This document shows, piece by piece, positions 28,644 to 37,664 of a DNA stretch of 64,000 nucleotides. Origin of the DNA: Candidatus Magasanikiibacteriota bacterium (GTDB lineage: Bacteria; Patescibacteriota; Patescibacteriia; Magasanikbacterales; GWA2-37-8); assembly GCA_026396515.1 (NCBI GenBank), contig JAPLWQ010000003.1:26204-90203 (forward strand), in the 5' to 3' direction. Under the pieces are notes generated by a model that worked only from the letters and a program-made list of their open reading frames with translations, was not told the DNA's origin and made no database searches. The position numbers and the translations under genes are program-made. How positions within the stretch are numbered: the stretch's first letter is position 1; every line of letters begins with the position of its first letter.

Positions 28644-29657
28644 ATGACAAAAAAAGTTTTTGATTTTATTTCTTCTTTTGGCCTGATGATACTCGGTGTG
28701 GGCCTTCTTTTCGCCTTCACTGTTTCATTTGCTCCGGCACAAAAACAATGCCAATACCGTTTTCCGAAATCACATCCGCGCGAACAGTTTGGTGGTGATT
28801 TGGAAAGGCAAAATTTGCCCCCCAGCCGACCGACCGTGCCTTTAGCCAAAAATGATTCAAATTTTTCCGCCACGCTCACCGCCTTTTCCGCTTACATTAT
28901 TGACGATAAGACGGATACGGTTTTATTTGAAAAAAATGCCGAAGCTATCCGTCCTTTAGCTTCTATTACCAAAATAATGTCGGCGATAGTACTTCTTGAT
29001 TTGCCGATTAAGTGGAATGCTACCACCACTGTAACTGAGGCGGATTGTGACGACAGCAGTCACATTTTGAATTCAGGAGAAATTTTTAAGTTGCAGGATT
29101 TGTGGGCCGCCGGTCTGATCGGCTCGTCAAACAGCGGCATTAGATCGTTGGTAAGGGTGAGCGGCCTAACCATCGAAGAATTTGTCCAAAAAATGAATAA
29201 TAAAGCAAAAGTACTTAATCTGTTGTCGCTAAAATTCACGGATCCTACCGGCTTGGAAGCGGATAATGTCGGCAGTGCCAAGGACATCGCCGCACTATTA
29301 AAAGAGGCCCTGAAGAATGAAAAAATTTCTAAAACAATGAGTATCGGCGAATATTATATCAAACCACTCAATAAACCAAAGTCACGGCGTGTCTGGAGCA
29401 CGAATTGGCTTTTAACCAAGTGGATACCGAGCGATTTTGACACAAAGAATATTTGCGGTAAGACAGGATACATTGGTGATGCTAAATATAATTTTGCCGT
29501 GAGAATCGCCGATAAGGAGAATAATCCGATTATCGTAGTGGTCCTTGGGTCGGCAACTAATGAATCGCGTTTTAGCGAGGCCAGGGATTTGGCTGACTGG
29601 TCATATAGTAAGTTTCTATGGCCGAACGAAGATGGTTATAACGATTTGGTTGAGTAA
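28644..29657 (+). CDS. Serine-type D-Ala-D-Ala carboxypeptidase (PBP5/6, peptidase S11)
   Basis: SITK (SxxK), SSN (SxN) and KTG motifs; N-terminal TM anchor. Confidence 0.8.
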   Translation: MTKKVFDFISSFGLMILGVGLLFAFTVSFAPAQKQCQYRFPKSHPREQFGGDLERQNLPPSRPTVPLAKNDSNFSATLTAFSAYIIDDKTDTVLFEKNAEAIRPLASITKIMSAIVLLDLPIKWNATTTVTEADCDDSSHILNSGEIFKLQDLWAAGLIGSSNSGIRSLVRVSGLTIEEFVQKMNNKAKVLNLLSLKFTDPTGLEADNVGSAKDIAALLKEALKNEKISKTMSIGEYYIKPLNKPKSRRVWSTNWLLTKWIPSDFDTKNICGKTGYIGDAKYNFAVRIADKENNPIIVVVLGSATNESRFSEARDLADWSYSKFLWPNEDGYNDLVE

Positions 29658-29677
29658 ATATGCAGGCAGTTGTTTTT

Positions 29678-29688
29678 TGTGCTATAAT
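29678..29688 (+). promoter_or_regulatory. Extended -10 promoter (TGtGcTATAAT); pgk ATG only 6 nt downstream, so the mRNA is probably leaderless
   Basis: tgtgctataataatggtATG. Confidence 0.4.
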
Positions 29689-29694
29689 AATGGT

Positions 29695-30900
29695 ATGAAA
29701 ATAAGCACTTTGGCCGAAAAAAAGAACCTGAAAGGCAGGCGCGTATTGGTTCGTGTTGATTTTAATGTACCGCTCAAAAACGGAAAAATAAAAGAAGCGT
29801 ATAAAATTGAAAAAAGTTTGTCGACTGTAGAATTCTTGTGCAAAGCCGGAGCGAAAATTATTTTAATAAGCCATTTAGGACGGCCAACAGGAGTAGACAA
29901 AAAATTAAGCCTGAAACCTGTCGCTGTGGCGCTCGGAAAAATGCTGGAAAAAAAAATAGATTTTTTTGCGGTCAGCGATAAAATTTTAGGCGATAAAAAA
30001 CAACTGGAAAATTTGCAGAAAAAAATCATGGCGCTGAAAAATGGTGATGTTGCGCTTCTGGAAAATATCAGATTTATAAAAGGTGAAGAAAAAAATGACC
30101 CAAAGATTGCCCGCGCCCTCTCTTCTCTCGGCGAGCTGTTTGTCCTGGATGGATTTGCCGTGGCGCATCGCGATGCCGCTTCTGTATCGGGAGTGGCTAA
30201 ATATTTACCTGCTTGCGCCGGATTGTTATTGGAAGAAGAAATAAAAGGTCTGGCTAAGCTCATTGAAAGGCCGAAAAAGCCTTTTGTTGTGGTGCTGGGC
30301 GGTGCAAAAATGGAAACTAAGGTTCCTTTGATAAAGAAATTTATCCCTAAAGCATCGCAGATTTTAATCGGCGGCGGAATATTTAACACCTGTCTCTGGG
30401 CTAAAGGCGTAAAAGTTGGACGCTCGATTGTTGATAAAAATTATAAAAAAATTGCCCTGTCTTTCTGGAAAAATAAAAAAATTATAATGCCCGTGGATTT
30501 GGTGGTTGGAGGTGAGCAAGGCGAGCAGGCAAAGGTTGTCGCTTTAGATTCAAAATTTAAGATTCAAAATTTAAAAAACGGCATCTACGATATAGGCCCA
30601 AAAACCGTGTCGCTTTTTGCAAAATACATCAAGAAAGCCAATACACTGGTGTGGAATGGATCCATGGGAATGTTTGAAGTGCCGCCCTACCATTGGGGCA
30701 GCAACGCGGTAGCGCGCCTGTTTGCCAGCCGGGCAAGGGGAAAGGCATTCGGCGTTACCGGCGGCGGGGAAACCGTGGAAGTGGTGAAAAAATTAAAATT
30801 AATGAATGATATTGATCTGGTTTCCACCGGCGGGGGCGCAATGCTTGAATATTTATCGGGAAATAAACTGCCCGGAATAATGGTGGTATTAAAAAAATAA
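29695..30900 (+). CDS. pgk: Phosphoglycerate kinase
   Basis: RVDFNVPL, ISHLGRP and GGGA motifs. Confidence 0.95.
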   Translation: MKISTLAEKKNLKGRRVLVRVDFNVPLKNGKIKEAYKIEKSLSTVEFLCKAGAKIILISHLGRPTGVDKKLSLKPVAVALGKMLEKKIDFFAVSDKILGDKKQLENLQKKIMALKNGDVALLENIRFIKGEEKNDPKIARALSSLGELFVLDGFAVAHRDAASVSGVAKYLPACAGLLLEEEIKGLAKLIERPKKPFVVVLGGAKMETKVPLIKKFIPKASQILIGGGIFNTCLWAKGVKVGRSIVDKNYKKIALSFWKNKKIIMPVDLVVGGEQGEQAKVVALDSKFKIQNLKNGIYDIGPKTVSLFAKYIKKANTLVWNGSMGMFEVPPYHWGSNAVARLFASRARGKAFGVTGGGETVEVVKKLKLMNDIDLVSTGGGAMLEYLSGNKLPGIMVVLKK

Positions 30901-30960
30901 TTTATTATATATTATTTAAATACCTTTCAAACGGAAGGTGTTTAATAAGGGAGGTAATTT

Positions 30961-31821
30961 ATGCCCATAACAAGCGGCATTAGACGGGATCTGCCGCCGA
31001 AAAACGGCCATGGTTCCTGCGGTTGTGCGTCATCTTGCGCGTCGTGCGGTTGCCACAGTACTTTCGGCAAGAAAATGCTATTTACCCTGCTTGGGGTATT
31101 AATGGTATATGGTATTTTTTATTTTGGCACACTTATCAATAACAACCTGAAGAAGAATCAATTTATTGGCAGGATGGATAAAAGCGAAAGAATGGTCACA
31201 GTGAACGGTTTGGGGAAAGTAACCGGCAACAATAACATTGCTGTCACAACCATCGGTTATTCCAACACCGATAAAGAAGTGTCAAAAGCGCAATTAGATA
31301 ACAAGAAAATAATGGATCAGGTGATGGCCGATTTGAAGAAGCTCGGTATTGAAGATAAAGATCTGCAGACAGATTACACTATTTATCCGGACTATAATTA
31401 TACCCAAGAGCGTGGTCAGGAGCTCAAGGGGTATCGCGTAAATAATTCCGTTACGGTTAAAATTCGCGATTTGTCAAAAATTAATGATATTCTAGGATTG
31501 GCCGGAAAATATGGCGCCACCGAAGTCGGCGGTTTGAGTTTTACCATCGACGATCCGAGCAACCTTAAAGATCAGGCTCGAGGCAAGGCCTTGGATGACG
31601 CCAAGAAAAAAGCCGCAGAATTGGCGGCATCACTCGGCGTAAGATTGGGTGGAGTGGTCAGCTACAATGAATATGACGCTTCAAACGACACATACTATCC
31701 GAAATATAATACGATCAGCGCCGAAGGCGGAGGAATGGGCAGCGGTGCGCCGGAAGCGGTTTCCGGAGGCAGTAAAGATGTCCTTATGAACGTTAATATC
31801 ACCTACGAAATATTGCCGTAA
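30961..31821 (+). CDS. SIMPL/DUF541-domain membrane-anchored protein with a Cys-rich N-terminal tail
   Basis: GGGAGG RBS 7 nt upstream. N-terminus GSCGCASSCASCGCHS, then a TM helix, then a SIMPL-like domain. Confidence 0.5.
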   Translation: MPITSGIRRDLPPKNGHGSCGCASSCASCGCHSTFGKKMLFTLLGVLMVYGIFYFGTLINNNLKKNQFIGRMDKSERMVTVNGLGKVTGNNNIAVTTIGYSNTDKEVSKAQLDNKKIMDQVMADLKKLGIEDKDLQTDYTIYPDYNYTQERGQELKGYRVNNSVTVKIRDLSKINDILGLAGKYGATEVGGLSFTIDDPSNLKDQARGKALDDAKKKAAELAASLGVRLGGVVSYNEYDASNDTYYPKYNTISAEGGGMGSGAPEAVSGGSKDVLMNVNITYEILP

Positions 31822-31838
31822 ATTATCTGAAAATGTTA

Positions 31839-31870
31839 AAAGAGTCCGCCGTTGGCGGGCTCTTTTTTTA
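31839..31870 (+). terminator. Rho-independent terminator after the SIMPL gene
   Basis: agagtccgcc-gttg-ggcgggctct followed by ttttttt. Confidence 0.75.
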
Positions 31871-31882
31871 TTCTGTTCCGCG

Positions 31883-31891
31883 TGCTATAAT
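31883..31891 (+). promoter_or_regulatory. Extended -10 promoter (TGcTATAAT) for eno
   Basis: cgtgctataat 38 nt upstream of the ATG. Confidence 0.45.
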
Positions 31892-31929
31892 ATTTTTATA
31901 AAACAATACGAGTTTTAAGTATTTTTGCT

Positions 31930-33177
31930 ATGAAAATCAAAAAAATTCAAGCCAGAGAGATCCTTGATTCGCGTGGTAATCCCACGGTGGAAACACGCGT
32001 TTCGCTTGCGAGTGGCATGGTAGTGTCGGCAAAAGTTCCCTCCGGCGCTTCTACCGGAGCGCACGAGGCCTGGGAATTGCGCGATGGCGGCAAGCGGTAT
32101 GGAGGAAAAGGCGTGCTGAAGGCGGTGAAAAATGTAAATACAATAATTGCCAAAGCGATAGTTGGAATGGATGTGCGCGATTTAGAAAAAATTGACCAGA
32201 AAATGATTGCTTTGGACGGTACGAAAAATAAGTCAAAGCTTGGTGCTAATGCTATTTTATCGGTTTCTCTCGCCGTGGCCAGAGCCGGCGCTGTTGCCGC
32301 GCGAATTCCACTATATCGCCATCTGCGAAAAGCATATGGCATAAAGGAAAAAGGCTGGCGTTTGCCTATTCCGACTATGAACGTGTTAAACGGCGGAGCG
32401 CACGCGGACAGCGGCCTTTCAATTCAGGAATTCATGATTATTCCAGCCCACAGGCTGCTTCGCGAGAGAGTGAGGATGGGTGCTGAAATATTTCATGCTT
32501 TGGCCGGCCTTCTTAGGAAAAAAGGATACACTACCGCTGTGGGTGATGAGGGCGGTTTCGCCCCCCGTTTGCCGGGAAATGAAGCGGCGCTAAAAATGCT
32601 AATGCAGGCAATTGAACTTGCCGGATATAAAGCCGGTGAAAATATATTTCTCGGCCTTGATGTAGCCGCGTCGGAATTTTTTTCCGATGGCAAGTATTTT
32701 TTTGAAAAAGAAAAGGGCGGCCGGACTTCGGAAAAAATGATTGCCACTTTTGAAAGTTGGATAAAAAAATATCCGTTGGTACTGGTTGAAGACGGGCTTA
32801 GCGAAAATGATTGGGTGGGTTGGAAAGATATGACTGTACGGTTGGGCAAAAAGACAATTTTAGTGGGCGATGATATTTTTGTCACCAATCCCGAAATATT
32901 CTCCCGTGGCATAAAGGAAAAAGTCGGCAATGCCATTCTTATTAAAGTAAATCAGATCGGCACGGTCAGTGAAACCATGAAGGCGATTAAATTAGCCAAG
33001 GCGAACGGTTATAAAACTGTAATATCGCACCGCAGCGGAGAAACCGGCGATACATTTATTGCCGATTTGGCCGTAGCGGTCAACTCCGATTATATTAAAA
33101 CCGGTTCGCTGTCGCGTTCTGAAAGAGTGGAAAAATATAATCGTTTGATGGAAATTGAAATGGAGCTGGGCATCTAA
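31930..33177 (+). CDS. eno: Enolase
   Basis: [16 protein letters not shown]; [12 protein letters not shown]. Confidence 0.95.
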   Translation: MKIKKIQAREILDSRGNPTVETRVSLASGMVVSAKVPSGASTGAHEAWELRDGGKRYGGKGVLKAVKNVNTIIAKAIVGMDVRDLEKIDQKMIALDGTKNKSKLGANAILSVSLAVARAGAVAARIPLYRHLRKAYGIKEKGWRLPIPTMNVLNGGAHADSGLSIQEFMIIPAHRLLRERVRMGAEIFHALAGLLRKKGYTTAVGDEGGFAPRLPGNEAALKMLMQAIELAGYKAGENIFLGLDVAASEFFSDGKYFFEKEKGGRTSEKMIATFESWIKKYPLVLVEDGLSENDWVGWKDMTVRLGKKTILVGDDIFVTNPEIFSRGIKEKVGNAILIKVNQIGTVSETMKAIKLAKANGYKTVISHRSGETGDTFIADLAVAVNSDYIKTGSLSRSERVEKYNRLMEIEMELGI

Positions 33178-33179
33178 AT

Positions 33180-34739
33180 ATGAAAACAAAACCAACAGTA
33201 CTCGCGATCATGGATGGTTGGGGAATAGCGCCGATAGAAAACAAAGGTAATCCGATTACGCCAAAAAATGCGCCTAATTTTTTTTCTTGGCTGAAAAAAT
33301 ACCCGAATACTGAAATTGCCGCCAGCGGAGAATCAGTTGGGCTTTTTAAGGGCGAAGATGGCAATAGTGAAGCCGGACATATGAATTTGGGAGCCGGCCG
33401 GGTGGTACAACAAGACGCCATATATATATCTGATGCGATTGAAGATGGTACATTTTTTAAAAATCCCGCCTTTCATCAGGCCTTGCATCATTTGCACAAA
33501 TATAAGACAGCCGCCCATGTGATGGGTCTGCTATCCAATCATAACAGCGCTCATTCCTGTCCGGAGCATCTTTACGCGCTTTTGGATTTTTTACGGAGTG
33601 AGGGCGTAAAAAAGATATTCTTGCATTTGTTTACCGATGGCCGCGATTCCGGCCAGCACGACGCGCCTAAACATCTAAAAAAATTGCGCGAGCACATGAA
33701 AAATGGCGAAAAGATAGCCACTATTACCGGCCGATTTTACGCCATGGATCGCGGGAAAAACTGGGATCGCCTAAAAGGAGCTTATGAAGCAATTGTTATG
33801 GGTCGAGGTGTGCGTTGTACCGCGCACAGCGCTGAGGAAGCGATTGCCCAGGCATACAATAGCGGTGAAACGGACGAGTACATTTGCCCCACTGTGATCA
33901 TGGATGACGGTCATCCGGTTACTTCAATAAAAGATAATGATGTAATTTTTTTCTTTAATCTGCGCAGTGACCGCGCGCGTGAACTGACTAAAGCGTTTGT
34001 TCAGCCGGATTTTGAGCAAATAAATGACGGCGCTTTCCATCGTGCGTTTGTGCCGAAAAATACGCGCTTTGTTGCTATGACTGATTTTGGACCGGACCTG
34101 CCGCATGTCTTAACCGCCTATCCCAGCCGGGATGTGGTTAACAGTTTGCCGCGGGTTTTGTGTCCCCACCAACAGCTATACATCGCTGAAACAGAAAAAT
34201 TCGCCCATGTGACATATTTTTTCAACGGAGGTTATGGCCGGCATTTTTGCGACGAACGCTGGATAAAAATCGCTTCGGTTGAAGTGAAAAATTATAAAGA
34301 TCGTCCGGAAATGAGCGCTAAATTAATTACTGATGTTTTAACAAAGGCAATTGAAAAAGACGGATATGAATTTGTCTGTGTTAATTTCGCCAATCCGGAC
34401 ATGGTGGCGCATAGCGGCGATATGGAAGCAACCGCTAAAGCAATTCGCACGGTTGATACCGAGATGGCGCGTCTGATAAAAGTTGTGGAAAGACTCGACG
34501 GACAAATGATAATTACTGCTGACCACGGTAATGCCGAAGAGCTGGTTAATCTGAAAACCGGCGAAGTTGATACAGAGCATTCCACCAATCCGGTTCCGTT
34601 TATTGTTGTGGGAAAAAAATATTCAAAAAGTAAATTAAAACTGCGTAAAAACGGCAAGCTCGGCGATGTGGCGCCCACGATCCTAAAAATGATGGATATT
34701 CCAAAACCAAAGGAGATGACAGGTAAAAGTATATTTTAA
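33180..34739 (+). CDS. gpmI: 2,3-bisphosphoglycerate-independent phosphoglycerate mutase, paralog 1
   Basis: ILDGWG, GNSEAGHMNLGAGR, DGRD and ADHGNAEE motifs. Confidence 0.85.
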   Translation: MKTKPTVLAIMDGWGIAPIENKGNPITPKNAPNFFSWLKKYPNTEIAASGESVGLFKGEDGNSEAGHMNLGAGRVVQQDAIYISDAIEDGTFFKNPAFHQALHHLHKYKTAAHVMGLLSNHNSAHSCPEHLYALLDFLRSEGVKKIFLHLFTDGRDSGQHDAPKHLKKLREHMKNGEKIATITGRFYAMDRGKNWDRLKGAYEAIVMGRGVRCTAHSAEEAIAQAYNSGETDEYICPTVIMDDGHPVTSIKDNDVIFFFNLRSDRARELTKAFVQPDFEQINDGAFHRAFVPKNTRFVAMTDFGPDLPHVLTAYPSRDVVNSLPRVLCPHQQLYIAETEKFAHVTYFFNGGYGRHFCDERWIKIASVEVKNYKDRPEMSAKLITDVLTKAIEKDGYEFVCVNFANPDMVAHSGDMEATAKAIRTVDTEMARLIKVVERLDGQMIITADHGNAEELVNLKTGEVDTEHSTNPVPFIVVGKKYSKSKLKLRKNGKLGDVAPTILKMMDIPKPKEMTGKSIF

Positions 34740-34741
34740 TT

Positions 34742-36334
34742 ATGCCTCACAAACATAAACCGGTTGTCTTAATCATCCTCGACGGCTGGGGAATTGCTCC
34801 GGACGGAGAAGGCAACGCCATCGCAAAAGCCAAAACACCCAATCTGGATGATTACAAAAAAAATTATCCGGTGACGACTATTACCGCGAGCGGTACCGAG
34901 GTTGGGTTGTCATTTGGCGAAGTGGGCAATTCCGAAGTCGGCCATTTAAATATTGGCGCCGGCAGGGTGTATTATCAAACACTGCCGCGTATTGACCAGG
35001 AAATATTAAATGGAAATTTTTTTGGCAATCAGGCATTTTTATCGGCTTTTGAACACGTGAAAAAAAACAAGTCAAATCTTCATCTGATGGGGCTCGTTTC
35101 CGCCGGAAAAGTGCATTCCAGCGATGAGCACCTCCATCGGCTGCTTGAGATGGCAAAGAAAAACGGCTGTTCAAAAAATGTTTATGTTCACGCCTTTCTT
35201 GACGGCAGAGATACTTTGTATAATTCAGGCAAATATTTTATCGGGCAGTTAATAAATAAAATGCAGGAGTTAAAAACCGGCAAGCTGGCGACACTGGCCG
35301 GCCGCTATTGGGCGATGGACAGAGATAACCATTGGGACAGGATTGAAAAAGTTTTTCGGGCATTAACAGTAGGCGAAGCCGATCGGATGGCACCCGACCC
35401 GTTGCAGGCGATAGATGGCGCATACGCCAACAAAAACTATGACGAAGAATTTTTACCAACGGTTATTACCGATAAAAACGGAAAGCCCACAATTACCATT
35501 AAAGATAACGACGCCGTGATATTTTTTAATTTTCGTCCGGACCGGGCGCGTGAGATGACCAAAGCGTTCGTTTTGCCGGAGTTTGATAAGTTTCCTCATC
35601 AGGCGCTTAATAATCTGTATTTTGCGACCATGGGTGAGTATGAAAAAGATTTGCCGGTATCGGCTGTGGCTTTTCCGCCGGTTGTAATTATTAATGGTTT
35701 AGCCGAAACCGTCAGCCGGGCCGGTCTGCAACAATTTCATATTGCCGAAACTGAAAAATATGCCCACATTACATTTTTTATAAATGGCACCAGAGAGGAT
35801 CCGTTTCCCGGAGAAGACAGAAAAATTATTCCTTCGCCAAAGGTATCTTCATATGATCAGCAGCCGGAGATGTCGGCTGTTCCGGTGGCAAAAGAAACGG
35901 TCAAGGCCGTGGAAAGCGGAAAGTATGATTTTATTGCCGTAAACTTCGCCAACGCAGATATGGTCGGCCACACCGGCTTGCTTGAGCCCACAATTACGGC
36001 CTGTGAAACAATTGATGAGTGTGTCGGCAGCATCGTTGACCATGTTTTGGCCCATGAGGGCGCGGTTGTCATTACGGCCGATCACGGTAATGCCGAAGAG
36101 GTCGTAAATTTGCAGACAGGGGATATAGACAAAGAACATTCAACAAATCCCGTGCCGCTGTATATTGTCAGCCGGGATTTAATGGGGCAGGCCGGCCCGA
36201 GCGGAGACCCGCCCGAGGGGGACTTGAGTTTATTGCAGCCGGTGGGTATGCTTTCCGATGTTGCTCCGACAATTTTAAAATTAATGGGTTTGGAACAACC
36301 GCCGGAGATGACCGGCTCCAGTTTAATTCAATAG
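34742..36334 (+). CDS. gpmI: 2,3-bisphosphoglycerate-independent phosphoglycerate mutase, paralog 2
   Basis: ILDGWG, GNSEVGHLNIGAGR, DGRD and ADHGNAEE motifs. Divergent from the upstream paralog. Confidence 0.85.
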   Translation: MPHKHKPVVLIILDGWGIAPDGEGNAIAKAKTPNLDDYKKNYPVTTITASGTEVGLSFGEVGNSEVGHLNIGAGRVYYQTLPRIDQEILNGNFFGNQAFLSAFEHVKKNKSNLHLMGLVSAGKVHSSDEHLHRLLEMAKKNGCSKNVYVHAFLDGRDTLYNSGKYFIGQLINKMQELKTGKLATLAGRYWAMDRDNHWDRIEKVFRALTVGEADRMAPDPLQAIDGAYANKNYDEEFLPTVITDKNGKPTITIKDNDAVIFFNFRPDRAREMTKAFVLPEFDKFPHQALNNLYFATMGEYEKDLPVSAVAFPPVVIINGLAETVSRAGLQQFHIAETEKYAHITFFINGTREDPFPGEDRKIIPSPKVSSYDQQPEMSAVPVAKETVKAVESGKYDFIAVNFANADMVGHTGLLEPTITACETIDECVGSIVDHVLAHEGAVVITADHGNAEEVVNLQTGDIDKEHSTNPVPLYIVSRDLMGQAGPSGDPPEGDLSLLQPVGMLSDVAPTILKLMGLEQPPEMTGSSLIQ

Positions 36335-37477
36335 CGCGGCGGTTTCAGACGTCCGCTGTTTTATTTCTGCGATTACCGTTTCCTCGGCCGCCTTAAGAGA
36401 AGATCCGTTTATTTCGATTTCCGCATTGCGTTTGTTTCCGCGCGGAGAAAAAGTTTTCAGTATTTCCATCGCGTCAAAATGTTTTTCCACGGTCAGCCGG
36501 CCGTGGATTTTGTTTTCCTCATTTTCGTCTTCAAACAACACTAAAATTAATGAAGCCTCGGGCGAATTGCCGATTAATTCATTTATCAACTCCTGAATGT
36601 CGTTCATTCCGGCGCCGGAGCGTTTGAAATCATCTCTGGTGAGGAGCGTCCATGCCAGGGCGATACTGCGTTCTGTCTGAAGTCCGGTAAGGGCCTGTCC
36701 CCACAGTTTTAATGTAGCGATGGATTTTGTCCGGTAAAGATGCTTGATAATTTTTTCGCGGTCAGCGCCCAGGTTCATCAGCTGTCCGGCGAGATTAAGC
36801 GTTGCCGGCGTCACATTCGGAGTTTTAAAGCTTCTGGTCCCGGCAATCATGCCGGTGAGTATTGCCGTGGCAGTCGCTTCATTTGTAGAAAATCCTAATT
36901 GTTCAAAAGTGTGATAGACAATTTCCGATGTTGAAGTGGCGGTTAATTCCACTAAATTCAAACTGCCAAAATGTTCGTTTGCCGCTTTGTGGTCAATATT
37001 GACAATTGGTGTGCGGTAAAACAGATCCGTATTATTGAAGAATACGTCGCCCAGTGAATCCAGGTCGGTGGCGCCCAGCACGAAAATTAAATCGTATTTA
37101 AACGTGGTTTGTAAGGTCCTTAAATCGTTTTTTGTGATTGCGCCACTTAGCGGAGTCAGATGTATGGAAAGCCAGTTGTCCTTAATGTCATAGCTCAATG
37201 TCTCAATTTTTGCTTTGGAGACATCAACTTTGATGGTGAATTTATGCAAATGAAATAATTCCGGTTTAATATTGTCCACGCCTTCGAGAAATGAAAGATG
37301 GCCGGACGCGCTAAAACCGCCACAAACTACGTCAGCCTGTTTGCGCCGGGTGGAAAGATATCTTTTGAGTGCCAGTGCGGCAGCCACTGCGTCGTCGTTT
37401 TTTCCCTCCGGTAAAGCGATTAACGGGTGTCCACTCTGGTCAATCAGTTTATTCAATTGTGCCTTGGTGTCAAACAT
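36323..37477 (-). CDS. DHH/DHHA1-family phosphoesterase (NrnA-like nanoRNase / pAp phosphatase)
   Basis: NDDAV (motif I), NIDHK (DHH-like) and GGFSASGH (GGGH-like). Overlaps the end of gpmI-2 by 12 nt. Confidence 0.6.
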   Translation of the reverse strand: MFDTKAQLNKLIDQSGHPLIALPEGKNDDAVAAALALKRYLSTRRKQADVVCGGFSASGHLSFLEGVDNIKPELFHLHKFTIKVDVSKAKIETLSYDIKDNWLSIHLTPLSGAITKNDLRTLQTTFKYDLIFVLGATDLDSLGDVFFNNTDLFYRTPIVNIDHKAANEHFGSLNLVELTATSTSEIVYHTFEQLGFSTNEATATAILTGMIAGTRSFKTPNVTPATLNLAGQLMNLGADREKIIKHLYRTKSIATLKLWGQALTGLQTERSIALAWTLLTRDDFKRSGAGMNDIQELINELIGNSPEASLILVLFEDENEENKIHGRLTVEKHFDAMEILKTFSPRGNKRNAEIEINGSSLKAAEETVIAEIKQRTSETAALLN

Positions 37478-37509
37478 AGAACAGGTGATTATATCTCACC
37501 CAGGGTATC

Positions 37510-37537
37510 TTGTCAATAATGAAATATTGGCTAAATA
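37510..37537 (+). promoter_or_regulatory. Candidate promoter TTGTCA-16-TAAATA for valS with a leader of about 125 nt
   Basis: Seen in sequence; no T-box consensus in the leader. Confidence 0.3.
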
Positions 37538-37664
37538 TAGCGGAATTTTTGCCTGTGTGAACACTATTTTGGCGAAATTTAGCAGAATATCGAGTCTTCC
37601 AGGTTGCTTTTTCCGTCTATTTTCATTAAAATATATGTTAATTGTACATAAAATAGCAGTGAAC

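Noticed and set aside
29545-29694. Upstream extensions of pgk (29545), scpA (27232) and argS (43445) in the ORF track
   Set aside because: The extensions overlap the preceding genes. Conserved N-termini (MKISTLAEKKNLKGRRV, MKEIKLEQF, MDFIKDEL) mark the true starts.
37272-37664. N-terminal extension of the valS ORF in the track, overlapping the DHH gene
   Set aside because: The track lists any in-frame start. The conserved ValRS N-terminus begins at the ATG at 37665, and the upstream part overlaps a convergent gene.
37478-37664. Possible T-box riboswitch in the ~190-nt valS leader
   Set aside because: No T-box consensus (AATTAGGGTGGNACCGCG-like) or specifier/antiterminator architecture is visible. 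Kept only as a promoter plus leader.
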